64,000 nucleotides of DNA from Eledone cirrhosa (taxonomy: Eukaryota): positions 41,974,001 through 42,038,000 of the forward strand of contig OZ024750.1 of the NCBI GenBank assembly GCA_964016885.1, given 5' to 3'. Shown here in pieces: positions 39,301 to 54,300 of the stretch. Below the pieces are notes generated by a model. The model was given only the letters and a program-made list of their open reading frames with translations. It had not been told where the DNA came from and ran no database searches. Both the position numbers and the translations under genes were made by a program. Within the stretch, counting starts at the first letter, position 1; every line of letters begins with the position of its first letter.

Positions 39301-42300
39301 GGCTGGACTGTAGGTATGGCTGGACTGTAGGTATGGCTGGACTGTAGATATGGCTGGACTGTAGGTATGGCTGGACTGTAGGTATGGCTGGACTGTAGAT
39401 GTGGCTGGACTGTAGATATGGCTGGACTGTAGGTATGGCTGGACTGTAGGTATGGCTGGACTGTAGATATGGCTGGACTGTAGGTATTGCTTGACTGTAG
39501 GTATGGCTGGACTGTAGGTATGGCTGGACTGTAGGTATGGCTGGACTGTAGGTATGGCTGGACTGTGGATATGGCTGGACTGTAGGTATGGCTGGACTGT
39601 AGGTATGGCTGGACTGTAGGTATGGCTGGACTGTAGATGTGGCTGGACTGTAGCTATGGCTGGACTGTAGGTATGGCTGGACTGTACATATGGCTGGACT
39701 GCAGGTATGGCTGGACTGTGGATATAGCTGGACTGTAGGTATGGCTGGACTGTAGATATGGCTGGACTGTAGGTATGGCTGGACTGTAGTTATGGCTGGA
39801 CTGTGGATATGGCTGGACTGTGGATATGGCTGGACTGTAGCTATGGCTGGACTGCAGGTATGGCTGGACTGTAGATATGGCTAGACTGCAGGTATGGCTG
39901 GACTGTGGATATAGCTGGACTGTAGGTATGGCTGGACTGTTGGTGTGGCTGGACTGTAGGCATGGCTGGACTGTAGGTATGGCTGGACTGTAGATATGGC
40001 TGGACTGCAGGTATGGCTGGACTGTAGATATGGCTGGACTGTAGGTATGGCTGGACTGTAGATATGGCTGGACTGTGGATATGGCCGGACTGTAGATATG
40101 GCTGGACTGTGGATATAGCTGGACAGTAGGTATGGCTGGACTGTAGATATGGCTGGACTGCAGGTATGGCTGGACTGTGGATATAGCTGGACAGTAGGTA
40201 TGGCTGGACTGTAGGTATGGCTGGACTGTAGGTATGGCTGGACTGTAGGTATGGCTGGACTGTAGATATGGCTGGACTGTAGGTATGGCTGGACTGTAGG
40301 TATGGCTGGACTGTAGGTATGGCTGGACTGTAGGTATGGCTGGACTGTAGATATGGCTGGACTGTAGGTATGGCTGGACTGTAGGTATGGCTGGACTGTA
40401 GGTATGGCTGGACTGTGGATATGGCTGGACTGTAGGTATGGCTGGACTGTAGGTATGGCTGGACTGTAGATGTGGCTGGACTGCAGGTATGGCTGGACTG
40501 TAGGTATGGCTGGACTGTAGATGTGGCTGGACTGTAGGTATGGCTGGACTGTAGGTATGGCTGGACTGTAGATATGGCTGGACTGTAGGTATGGCTGGAC
40601 TGTAGATATGGCTGGACTGTAGATGTGGCTGGAATGTAGGTATGGCTGGACTGTAGATATGGCTGGACTGTAGGTATGGCTGGACTGTAGATATGGCTGG
40701 ACTGTAGATGTGGCTGGACTGTAGGTATGGCTGGACTGTAGGTATGGCTGGACTGTAGGTATGGCTGGACTGTAGATATGGCTGGACTTTAGGTATGGCT
40801 GGACTGTAGGTATGGCTGGACTGTAGATATGGCTGGACTGTGGATATGGCTGGACTGCAGGTATGGCTGGACTGTAGGTATGGCTGGACTGTAGATGTGG
40901 CTGGACTGTAGGTATGGCTGGACTGTAGATATGGCTGGACTGTAGGTATGGCTGGACTGTAGATGTGGCTGGACTGTAGGTATGGCTGGACTGTAGGTAT
41001 GGCTGGACTGTAGGTATGGCTGGACAGTAGGTATGGCAGGACTGTAGGTCTGGCTGGACTGTAGGTATGGCTAGACTGTAGGTATGGATGGACTGTAGGT
41101 ATGGCTGGACTGTAGGTATGGCTGGACTGTAGATATGGCTGGACTGTAGGTATGGCTGGACTGTAGGTATGGCTGGACTGTAGGTATGGCTGGACTGTGG
41201 ATATGGTTGGACTGTAGATATGGTTGGACTGTAGGTATGGCTGGACTGTAGGTATGGCTGGACTGTAGGTATGGCTGGACTGTAGATATGGCTGGACTGT
41301 AGGTATGGCTGGACTGTAGGTATGGCTGGACTGTAGTTATGGCTGGACTGTAGGTATGGCTGGACTGTAGATATGGCTGGACTGTAGGTATGGCTGGACT
41401 GTAGATGTGGCTGGATTGTAGGTGTGGCTGGACTGTGGATATGGCTGGACTGTAGGTATAGCTGGACTGTAGATGTGGCTGGACTGTAGGTGTGGCTGGA
41501 CTGTGGATATGGCTGGACTGTTGGTATGGCTGGACTGTAGGTATGGCTGGACTGTAGATGTGGCTGGACTGTAGATATGGCTGGACTGTAGGTATGGCTG
41601 GACTGTAGGTATGGCTGGACTGTAGGTATGGCTGGACTGTAGATATGGCTGGACTGTAGGTATGGCTGGACTGTAGATGTGGCTGGACTGTAATGTGGCT
41701 GGACTGTGGATATGGCTGGACTGTAGGTATGGTTGGACTGTAGGTATGGCTGGACTGTAGGTATGGCTGGACTGTAGGTATGGCTGGACTGTAGATGTGG
41801 CTGGACTGTAGATATTGCTGGACAGTAGGTATCGCTGGACTGTAGGTGTGGCTGGACTGTAGATATGGCTGGACTGTAGGTATGGCTGGACTGTAGGTGT
41901 GGCTGGACTGTAGGTATGGCTGAACTGTAGATATGGCTGGACTGTAGATATGGCTGGACTGTAGGTATGGCTGGACTATAGATATGGCTGGACTGTAGGT
42001 ATTGCTGGACTGTAGGTATGGCTGGACTGTAGATATGGCTGGACTATGGATATGGTTAGACTGTAGATATGGCTGGACTGTAGGTATTGCTGGACTGTAG
42101 GTATGGCTGGACTGTAGGTATGGCTGGACTGTAGATATGGCTGGACTGTGGATATGGTTGGACTGTAGATATGGCTGGACTGTAGGTATTGCTGGACTGT
42201 AGGTATGGCTGGACTGTGGATATGGTTGGACTGTAGTTATGGCTGGACTGTAGGTATTGCAGGACTGTAGGTATGGCTGGACTGTAGGTATGGCTGGACT

Positions 42301-45300
42301 GTAGGTATGGCTGGACTGTAGATATGGCTGGACTGTGGATATGGTTGGACTGTAGGTATGGCTGGACTGTAGGTATGGCTGGACTGTAGATATGGCTGGA
42401 CTGTAAGTATTGCTGGACTGTAGGTATGGCTGGACTGTAGGTATGGCTGGACTGTAGATATGGCTGGACTGTAGGTATGGCTGGACTGTAGATATGGCTG
42501 GACTGTGGATATGGCTGGACTGTAGGTATGGCTGGACTGTAGGTATGGCTGGACTGTAGATATGGCTGGACTGTAGATATGGCTGGACTGTAGGTATGGC
42601 TGGACTGTAGATGTGGCTGGACTGTAGATATGGCTGGACTGTAGGTATGGCTGGACTGTAGATATGGCTGGACTGTAGGTATGGCTGGACTGTAGGTATG
42701 GCTGGACTGTAGATATGGCTGGACTGTAGGTATGGCTGGACTGTAGATATGGCTGGACTGTAGGTATGGCTGGACTGTAGGTATGGCTGGACTGTAGGTA
42801 TGGCTGGACTGTAGGTATGGCTGGACTGTAGATATGGCTGGACTGTAGGTATGGCTGGACTGTGGTTATGGCTGGACTGTATCTATGGCTGGACTGTAGA
42901 TATGGCTGGACTGTAGGTATGGCTGGACTGTAGATATGGCTGGACTGTAGGTATGGCTGGACTGTGGTTATGGCTGGACTGTAGCTATGGCTGGACTGTA
43001 GATATGGCTGGACTGTAGGTATGGCTGGACTGTAGATATGGCTGGACTGTAGGTATGGCTGGACTGTAGGTATGGCTGGACTGTAGGTATGGCTGGACTG
43101 TAGATATGGATGGACTGTAGGTATGGCTGGACTGTAGGTATGGCTGGACTGTAGGTATGGCTGGACTGTAGGTATGGCTGGACTGTAGATGTGGCTGGAC
43201 TGTAGATATGGCTGGACTGTAGGTATGGCTGGACTGTAGGTATGGCTGGACTGTAGATATGGCTGGACTGTAGGTATGGCTGGACTGTAGGTATGGCTGG
43301 ACTGTAGGTATGGCTGGACTGTAGGTATGGCTGGACTGTAGGTATGGCTGGACTGTGGATATGGCTGGACTGTAGGTATGGCTGGACTGTAGGTATGGCT
43401 GGACTGTAGGTATGGCTGGACTGTAGATGTGGCTGGACTGTAGCTATGGCTGGACTGTAGGTATGGCTGGACTGTACATATGGCTGGACTGCAGGTATGG
43501 CTGGACAGTGGATATAGCTGGACTGTAGGTATGGCTGGACTGTAGATATGGCTGGACTGTAGGTATGGCTGGACTGTAGTTATGGCTGGACTGTGGATAT
43601 GGCTGGACTGTGGATATGGCTGGACTGTAGCTATGGCTGGACTGTAGCTATGGCTGGACTGCAGTTATGGCTGGACTGTAGATATGGCTAGACTGCAGGT
43701 ATGGCTGGACTGTGGATATAGCTGGACTGTAGGTATGGCTGGACTGTAGGTGTGGCTGGACTGTAGGCATGGCTGGACTGTAGGTATGGCTGGACTGTAG
43801 ATATGGCTGGACTGCAGGTATGGCTGGACTGTAGATATGGCTGGACTGTAGGTATGGCTGGACTGTAGATATGGCTGGACTGTGGATATGGCCGGACTGT
43901 AGATATGGCTGGACTGTGGATATAGCTGGACAGTAGGTATGGCTGGACTGTAGATATGGCTGGACTGCAGGTATGGCTGGACTGTGGATATAGCTGGACA
44001 GTAGGTATGGCTGGACAGTAGGTATGGCTGGACTGTAGGTATGGCTGGACTGTAGGTATGGCTGGACTGTAGATATGGCTGGACTGTAGGTATGGCTGGA
44101 CTGTAGGTATGGCTGGACTGTAGGTATGGCTGGACTGTAGGTATGGCTGGACTGTAGGTATGGCTGGACTGTAGATATGGCTGGACCTTAGGTATGGCTG
44201 GACTGTAGGTATGGCTGGACTGTAGGTATGGCTGGACTGTGGATATGGCTGGACTGTAGGTATGGCTGGACTGTAGGTATGGCTGGACTGTAGATGTGGC
44301 TGGACTGCGGGTATGGCTGGACTGTAGGTATGGCTGGACTGTAGATGTGGCTGGACTGTAGTATGGCTGGACTGTAGGTATGGCTGGACTGTAGATATGG
44401 CTGGACTGTAGGTATGGCTGGACTGTAGATATGGCTGGACTGTAGATGTGGCTGGAATGTAGGTATGGCTGGACTGTAGATATGGCTGGACTATAGGTAT
44501 GGCTGGACTGTAGATATGGCTGGACTGTAGATGTGGCTGGACTGTAGGTATGGCTGGACTGTAGGTATGGCTGGACTGTAGATGTGGCTGGACTGTAGTA
44601 TGGCTGGACTGTAGGTATGGCTGGACTGTAGATATGGCTGGACTGTAGGTATGGCTGGACTGTAGATATGGCTGGACTGTAGATGTGGCTTGACTGTAGG
44701 TATGGCTGGACTGTAGGTATGGCTGGACTGTAGGTATGGCTGGACTGTAGATATGGCTGGACTGTAGATGTGGCTGGACTGTAGGTATGGCTGGACTGTA
44801 GGTATGGCTGGACTGTAGATATGGCTGGACTGTGGATATGGTTGGACTGTAGGTATGGCTGGACTGTAGGTATGGCTGGACTGTAGATATGGCTGGACTG
44901 TAAGTATTGCTGGACTGTAGGTATGGCTGGACTGTAGGTATGGCTGGACTGTAGATATGGCTGGACTGTAGGTATGGCTGGACTGTAGATATGGCTGGAC
45001 TGTGGATATGGCTGGACTGTAGGTATGGCTGGACTGTAGGTATGGCTGGACTGTAGATATGGCTGGACTGTAGATATGGCTGGACTGTAGGTATGGCTGG
45101 ACTGTAGATGTGGCTGGACTGTAGATATGGCTGGACTGTAGGTATGGCTGGACTGTAGATATGGCTGGACTGTAGGTATGGCTGGACTGTAGGTATGGCT
45201 GGACTGTAGATATGGCTGGACTGTAGGTATGGCTGGACTGTAGATATGGCTGGACTGTAGGTATGGCTGGACTGTAGGTATGGCTGGACTGTAGGTATGG

Positions 45301-48300
45301 CTGGACTGTAGGTATGGCTGGACTGTAGATATGGCTGGACTGTAGGTATGGCTGGACTGTGGTTATGGCTGGACTGTAGCTATGGCTGGACTGTAGATAT
45401 GGCTGGACTGTAGGTATGGCTGGACTGTAGATATGGCTGGACTGTAGGTATGGCTGGACTGTGGTTATGGCTGGACTGTAGCTATGGCTGGACTGTAGAT
45501 ATGGCTGGACTGTAGGTATGGCTGGTATGTAGATATGGCTGGACTGTAGGTATGGCTGGACTGTAGGTATGGCTGGACTGTAGGTATGGCTGGACTGTAG
45601 ATATGGATGGACTGTAGGTATGGCTGGACTGTAGGTATGGCTGGACTGTAGGTATGGCTGGACTGTAGGTATGGCTGGACTGTAGATGTGGCTGGACTGT
45701 AGATATGGCTGGACTGTAGGTATGGCTGGACTGTAGGTATGGCTGGACTGTAGATATGGCTGGACTGTAGGTATGGCTGGACTGTAGGTATGGCTGGACT
45801 GTAGGTATGGCTGGACTGTAGGTATGGCTGGACTGTAGGTATGGCTGGACTGTGGATATGGCTGGACTGTAGGTATGGCTGGACTGTAGGTATGGCTGGA
45901 CTGTAGGTATGGCTGGACTGTAGATGTGGCTGGACTGTAGCTATGGCTGGACTGTAGGTATGGCTGGACTGTACATATGGCTGGACTGCAGGTATGGCTG
46001 GACAGTGGATATAGCTGGACTGTAGGTATGGCTGGACTGTAGATATGGCTGGACTGTAGGTATGGCTGGACTGTAGTTATGGCTGGACTGTGGATATGGC
46101 TGGACTGTGGATATGGCTGGACTGTAGCTATGGCTGGACTGTAGCTATGGCTGGACTGCAGGTATGGCTGGACTGTAGATATGGCTAGACTGCAGGTATG
46201 GCTGGACTGTGGATATAGCTGGACTGTAGGTATGGCTGGACTGTAGGTGTGGCTGGACTGTAGGCATGGCTGGACTGTAGGTATGGCTGGACTGTAGATA
46301 TGGCTGGACTGCAGGTATGGCTGGACTGTAGATATGGCTGGACTGTAGGTATGGCTGGACTGTAGATATGGCTGGACTGTGGATATGGCCGGACTGTAGA
46401 TATGGCTGGACTGTGGATATAGCTGGACAGTAGGTATGGCTGGACTGTAGATATGGCTGGACTGCAGGTATGGCTGGACTGTGGATATAGCTGGACAGTA
46501 GGTATGGCTGGACTGTAGGTATGGCTGGACTGTAGGTATGGCTGGACTGTAGGTATGGCTGGACTGTAGATATGGCTGGACTGTAGGTATGGCTGGACTG
46601 TAGGTATGGCTGGACTGTAGGTATGGCTGGACTGTAGGTATGGCTGGACTGTAGGTATGGCTGGACTGTAGATATGGCTGGACCTTAGGTATGGCTGGAC
46701 TGTAGGTATGGCTGGACTGTAGGTATGGCTGGACTGTGGATATGGCTGGACTGTAGGTATGGCTGGACTGTAGGTATGGCTGGACTGTAGATGTGGCTGG
46801 ACTGCGGGTATGGCTGGACTGTAGGTATGGCTGGACTGTAGATGTGGCTGGACTGTAGTATGGCTGGACTGTAGGTATGGCTGGACTGTAGATATGGCTG
46901 GACTGTAGGTATGGCTGGACTGTAGATATGGCTGGACTGTAGATGTGGCTGGAATGTAGGTATGGCTGGACTGTAGATATGGCTGGACTATAGGTATGGC
47001 TGGACTGTAGATATGGCTGGACTGTAGATGTGGCTGGACTGTAGGTATGGCTGGACTGTAGGTATGGCTGGACTGTAGATGTGGCTGGACTGTAGTATGG
47101 CTGGACTGTAGGTATGGCTGGACTGTAGATATGGCTGGACTGTAGGTATGGCTGGACTGTAGATATGGCTGGACTGTAGATGTGGCTTGACTGTAGGTAT
47201 GGCTGGACTGTAGGTATGGCTGGACTGTAGGTATGGCTGGACTGTAGATATGGCTAGACTGTAGATGTGGCTGGACTGTAGGTATGGCTGGACTGTAGAT
47301 ATGGCTGGACTGTAGGTATGGCTGGACTGTAGGTATGGCTGGACTGTAGGTATGGCTGGACTGTGGATATGGTTGGACTGTAGATATGGTTGGACTGTAG
47401 GTATGGCTGGACTGTAGGTATGGCTGGACTGTAGGTATGGCTGGACTGTAGATATGGCTGGACTGTAGGTATGGCTGGACTGTAGGTATGGCTGGACTGT
47501 AGGTATGGCTGGACTGTAGGTATGGCTGGACTGAGATATGGCTGGACTGTAGGTATGGCTGGACCTGAGATGTGGCTGGACTGTAGGTGTGGCTGGACTG
47601 TGGATATGCCTGGACTGTAGGTATGGCTGGACTGTAGATGTGGCTGGACTGTAGGTGTGGCTGGACTGTGGATATGGCTGGACTGTTGGTATGGCTGGAC
47701 TGTAGGTATGGCTGGACTGTAGATGTGGCTGGACTGTAGATATGGCTGGACTGTAGGTATGGCTGGACTGTAGGTATGGCTGGACTGTAGGTATGGCTGG
47801 ACTGTAGATATGGCTGGACTGTAGGTATGGCTGGACTGTAGATGTGGCTGGACTGTAATGTGGCTGGACTGTGGATATGGCTGGACTGTAGGTATGGTTG
47901 GACTGTAGGTATGGCTGGACTGTAGGTATGGCTGGACTGTAGGTATGGCTGGACTGTAGATGTGGCTGGACTGTAGATATGGCTGGACAGTAGGTATCGC
48001 TGGACTGTAGGTGTGGCTGGACTGTAGATATGGCTGGACTGTAGGTATGGCTGGACTGTAGGTGTGGCTGGACTGTAGGTATGGCTGGACTGTAGATATG
48101 GCTGGACTGTAGATATGGCTGGACTGTAGATATGGCTGGACTGTAGGTATGGCTGGACTGTAGATATGGCTGGACTGTAGGTATTGCTGGACTGTAGGTA
48201 TGGCTGGACTGTAGGTATGGCTGGACTGTAGATATGGCTGGACTGTGGATATGGTTGCACTGTAGATATGGCTGGACTGTAGGTATGGCTGGACTGTAGG

Positions 48301-51300
48301 TATGGCTGGACTGTGGATATGGTTGGACTGTAGTTATGGCTGGACTGTAGGTATTGCTGGACTGTAGGTATGGCTGGACTGTAGGTATGGCTGGACTGTA
48401 GATATGGCTGGACTGTGGATATGGTTGGACTGTAGATATGGCTGGACTGTAGGTATTGCTGGACTGTAGGTATGGCTGGACTGTAGGTATGGCTGGACTG
48501 TAGATATGGCTGGACTGTGGATATGGCTGGACTGTAGGTATGGCTGGACTGTAGTTATGGCTGGACTGTAGGTATGGCTGGACTGTAGATATGGCTGGAC
48601 TGTAGGTATTGCTGGACTGTAGGTATGGCTGGACTGTAGATATGGCTGGACTATGGATATGGTTGGACTGTAGATATGGCTGGACTGTAGGTATTGCTGG
48701 ACTGTAGGTATGGCTGGACTGTAGGTATGGCTGGACTGTAGATATGGCTGGACTGTAGGTATTGCTGGACTGTAGGTATGACTGGACTGTAGGTATGGCT
48801 GGACTGTAGATATGGCTGGACTGTAGGTATGGCTGGACTGTAGATATGGCTGGACGGTGGATATGGCTGGACTGTAGGTATGGCTGGACTGTAGGTATGG
48901 CTGGACTGTAGGTATGGCTGGACTGTAAGTATGGCTGGACTGTAGGTATGGCTGGACTGTAGGTATGGCTGGACTGTAGATGTGGCTGGACTGTAGTATG
49001 GCTGGACTGTAGGTATGGCTGGACTGTAGATATGGCTGGACTGTAGGTATGGCTGGACTGTAGATATTGCTGGACTGTAGGTATGGCTGGACTGTAGGTA
49101 TGGCTGGACTGTGGATATGGCTGGACTGTAGGTATGGCTGGACTATAAGTATGGCTGGACTGTAGGTATGGCTGGACTGTAGGTATGGCTGGACTGTAGG
49201 TATGGCTGGACTGTAGATATGGCTGGACTGTAGGTATGGCTGGACTGTAGGTATGGCTGGACTGTGGATATGGCTGGACTGTAGGTATGGCTGGACTGTA
49301 GGTATGGCTGGACTGTAGGTATGGCTGGACTGTAGGTATGGCTGGACTGTAGGTATGGCTGGACTGTAGATATGGCTGGACTGTAGGTATGGCTGGACTG
49401 TAGGTGTGGCTAGACTGTAGGTATGGCTGGACTGTAGGTATGGCTGGACTGTAGGTATGGCTGGACTGAGGATATGGCTGGACTGTAGGTATGGCTGGAC
49501 TGTAGGTATGGCTGGACAGTAGGTATGGCTGGACTGTGGATATGGCTGGACTGTAGGTATGGCTGGACTGTAGGTATGGCTGGACTGTAGATATGGCTGG
49601 ACTGTAGATATGGCTGGACTGTAGATATGGCTGGACTGTACGTATGGCTGGACTGTAGATATGGCTGGACTGTAAATATGGCTGGACTGTAGGTATGGCT
49701 GGACTGTAGGTATGGCTGGACTGTAGGTATGGCTGGACTGTAGGTATGGCTGGACTGTGGATATGACTGGACTGTGGATATGGCTGGACTGTAGATGTGG
49801 CCGGACAGTAGGTATGGCTGGACTGTAGGTATGGCTGGACTGTAGATATGGCTGGACTGTGGGTATGGCTGGACTGTAGTTATGGCTGGACTGTAGGTAT
49901 GGCTGGACAGTAGGTATGGCTGGACTGTGGATATGGCTGGACTGTGGATATGGCTGGACTGTAGATATGGCTGGACTGTAGGTATGGCTGGACTGTAGAT
50001 ATGGCTGGACTGTAGTTATGGCTGGACTGTGGATATGGCTGGACTGTAGGTATGGCTGGACTGTAGGTATGGCTGGACTGTAGATATGGCTGGACTGTAG
50101 GTATGGCTGGACTGTAGGTATGGCTGGACTGTGGATATGGCTGGACTGTAGGTATGGCTGGACTGTAGGTATGGCTGGACAGTAGGTATGGCTGGACTGT
50201 GGATATGGCCGGACTGTGGATATGGCTGGACTGTAGATATGGCTGGACTGTAGATATGGCTGGACTGTAGGTATGGCTGGACTGTAGATATGGCTGGACT
50301 GTAGATATGGCTGGACTGTAGGTATGGCTGGACTGTAGGTATGGCTGGACTGTGGATATGGCTGGACTGTAGATATGGCTGGACTGTAGGTATGGCTGGA
50401 CTGTAGGTATGGCTGGACTGTGGCTATGGCTGGACTGTAGATGTGGCTGGACAGTAGGTATGGCTGGACTGTAGGTATGGCTGGACTGTAGGTATGGCTG
50501 GACTGTAGATATGGCTGGACTGTAGTTATGGCTGGACTGTAGATATGGCTGGACTGTGGATATGGCTGGACTGTAGATATGGCTGGACTGTAGATATGGC
50601 TGGACTGTAGGTATAGCTGGACTGTAGGTATGGCTGCACTGTAGATATGGCTGGACTGTGGATATAGGCTGGACTCGAGATATGGCTGGACTGTAGGTAT
50701 GGCTGGACTGTAGGTATGGCTGGACTGTAGATATGGCTGGACTGTGGATATGGCCGGACTGTAGATATGGCTTGACTGTGCATATAGGATGGACTCGAGG
50801 TATGGCTGGACTGTAGATATGGCTGGACTGTAGGTATGGCTGGACTGTAGTTATGGCTGGACTGTGGATATGGCTGGACTGTAGATATGGCTTGACTGTG
50901 GATATAGGCTGGACTCGAGGTATGGCTGGACTGTAGATATGGCTGGACTGTAGGTATGGCTGGACTGTAGGTATGGCTGGACTGTAGATATGGCTGGACT
51001 GTAGGTATGGCTTGACTGTAGGTATGGCTGGACTGTAGGTATGGCTGGACTGTAGATATGGCTGGACTGTAGGTATGGCTGGACTGTAGATATGGCTGGA
51101 CTGTAGATATGGCTGGACTGTAGATATGGCTGGACTGTAGATATAGCTGGACTGTAGATATGGCTGGACTGTAGGTATGGCTGGACTGTAGGTATGGCTG
51201 GACTGCAGGTATGGCTGGACTGTGGATATGGCTGGACTGTAGTTATGGCTGGACTGTGGATATGGCTGGACTGTAGATATGGCTGGACTGTAGATATGGC

Positions 51301-54300
51301 TGGACTGTGGATATGGCTGGACTGTAGTTATGGCTGGACTGTGGATATGGCTGGACTGTAGGTATGGCTGGACTGTAGTTATGGCTGGACTGTGGATATG
51401 GCTGGACTGTAGGTATGGCTGGACTGTAGGTATGGCTGGACTGTAGATATGGCTGGACTGTAGGTATGGCTTGACTATAGGTATGGCTGGACTGTAGGTA
51501 TGGCTGGACTGTATATATGGCTGGACTGTAGGTATGGCTGGACTGTAGGTATGGCTGGACTGTAGATATGGCTGGACTGTAGGTATGGCTGGACTGTAGA
51601 TATGGCTGGACTGCAGGTATGGCTGAACTGTGGATATAGCTGGACTGTAGGTATGGCTGGACTGTAGATATGGCTGGACTGTAGATATGGCTGGACTGTG
51701 GATATGGTTGGACTGTAGGTATGGCTGGACTGTGGATATGGCTGGACTGTGGATATGGTTGGACTGTGGATATGGCTGGACTGTAGGTATGGCTGGACTG
51801 TGGATATATGCTGGACTCGAGATATGGCTGGACTGTAGGTATGGCTGGACTGTAGATATGGCTGGACTGTGGATATGGTTGGACTGTAGGTATGGCTGGA
51901 CTGTAGATATAGGCTGGACTCGAGGTATGGCTGGACTGTGGATATGGCCGGACTGTAGATATGGCTGGACTGTGGATATGGCTGGACTGTAGATATGGCT
52001 TGACTGTGGATATAGGCTGGACTCGAGGTATGGCTGGACTGTAGATATGGCTGGACTGTAGATATGGCTGGACTGTAGATATGGCTGGACTGTAGATATG
52101 GCTGGACAGTAGGTATGGCTGGACTGTAGATATGGCTGGACTGTAGGTATGGCTGGACTGTGGATATAGCTGGACTGTAGGTATGGCTGGACTGTGGATA
52201 TAGCTGGACTGTAGGTATGGCTGGACTGTGGATATAGCTGGACTGTAGGTATGGCTGGACTGTAGGTATGGCTGGACAGTAGGTATGGCTGGACTGTAGA
52301 TATGGCTGGACTGCAGGTATGGCTGGACTGTGGATATAGCTGGACTGTAGATATGGCTGGACTGTGGATATGGTTGGACTGTAGGTATGGCTGGACTGTG
52401 GATATGGCTGGACTGTTGATGTGGCTGGACTGCAGGTATGGCTGGACTGTGAATATAGCTGGACTGCAGGTATGGCTGGACTGTGGATATGGCTAGACTG
52501 TAGGTATGGCTGGACTGTAGGTATGGCTGGACTGTGGATATGGTTGGACTGTAGATATGGCTGGACTGTAGATATGGCTGGACTGTGGATATGGCTGGAC
52601 TGTAGATATGGCTGGACTGTGGATATGGTTGGACTGTAGATATGGCTGGACTGTGGATATGGTTGGACTGTAGGTATGGCTGGACTGTAGGTATGGCTGG
52701 ACTGTGGATATGGCTGGACTGTAGGTATGGCTGGATGTAGGTATGGCTGGACTGTAGGTATGGCTGGACTGTAGGTATGGCTGGACTGTAGATATGGCTG
52801 GACTGTAGATATGGCTGGACTGTAGGTATGGCTGGACTGTAGGTATGGCTGGACTGTGGATATGGCTGGACTGTAGGTATGGCTGGACTGTAGGTATGAC
52901 TGGACTGTGGATATGGCTGGACTGTAGGTATGGCTGGACTGTAGGTATGGCTGGACTGTAGGTATGGCTGGACTGTGGATATGGCTGGACTGTAGGTATG
53001 GCTGGACTGTAGATATGGCTGGACTGTAGATATGGCTGGACTGTAGGTATGGCTGGACTGTAGATATGGCTGGACTGTAGATATAGCTGGACTGTAGATA
53101 TGGCTGGACTGTAGGTATGGCTGGACTGTAGGTATGGCTGGACTGCAGGTATGGCTGGACTGTGGATATGGCTGGACTGTAGTTATGGCTGGACTGTGGA
53201 TATGGCTGGACTGTAGATATGGCTGGACTGTAGATATGGCTGGACTGTGGATATGGCTGGACTGTAGTTATGGCTGGACTGTGGATATGGCTGGACTGTA
53301 GGTATTGCTGGACTGTAGTTATGGCTGGACTGTGGATATGGCTGGACTGTAGGTATGGCTGGACTGTAGGTATGGCTGGACTGTAGATATGGCTGGACTG
53401 TAGGTATGGCTTAACTGTAGGTATGGCTGGACTGTAGGTATGGCTGGACTGTATATATGGCTGGACTGTAGGTATGGCTGGACTGTAGGTATGGCTGGAC
53501 TGTAGATATGGCTGGACTGTAGGTATGGCTGGACTGTAGATATGGCTGGACTGCAGGTATGGCTGAACTGTGGATATAGCTGGACTGTAGGTATGGCTGG
53601 ACTGTAGATATGGCTGGACTGTAGATATGGCTGGACTGTGGATATGGTTGGACTGTAGGTATGGCTGGACTGTGGATATGGCTGGACTGTGGATATGGTT
53701 GGACTGTGGATATGGCTGGACTGTAGGTATGTCTGGACTGTGGATATATGCTGGACTCGAGATATGGCTGGACTGTAGGTATGGCTGGACTGTAGATATG
53801 GCTGGACTGTGGATATGGTTGGACTGTAGGTATGGCTGGACTGTAGATATAGGCTGGACTCGAGGTATGGCTGGACTGTGGATATGGCCGGACTGTAGAT
53901 ATGGCTGGACTGTGGATATGGCTGGACTGTAGATATGGCTTGACTGTGGATATAGGCTGGACTCGAGGTATGGCTGGACTGTAGATATGGCTGGACTGTA
54001 GATATGGCTGGACTGTAGATATGGCTGGACTGTAGGTATGGCTGGACTGTAGGTATGGCTGGACTGTGGATATAGGCTGGACTCGAGGTATGGCTGGACT
54101 GTAGATATGGCTGGACTGTAGATATGGCTGGACAGTAGGTATGGCTGGACTGTAGATATGGCTGGACTGTAGGTATGGCTGGACTGTGGATATAGCTGGA
54201 CTGTAGGTATGGCTGGACTGTGGATATAGCTGGACTGTAGGTATGGCTGGACTGTGGATATAGCTGGACTGTAGGTATGGCTGGACTGTAGGTATGGCTG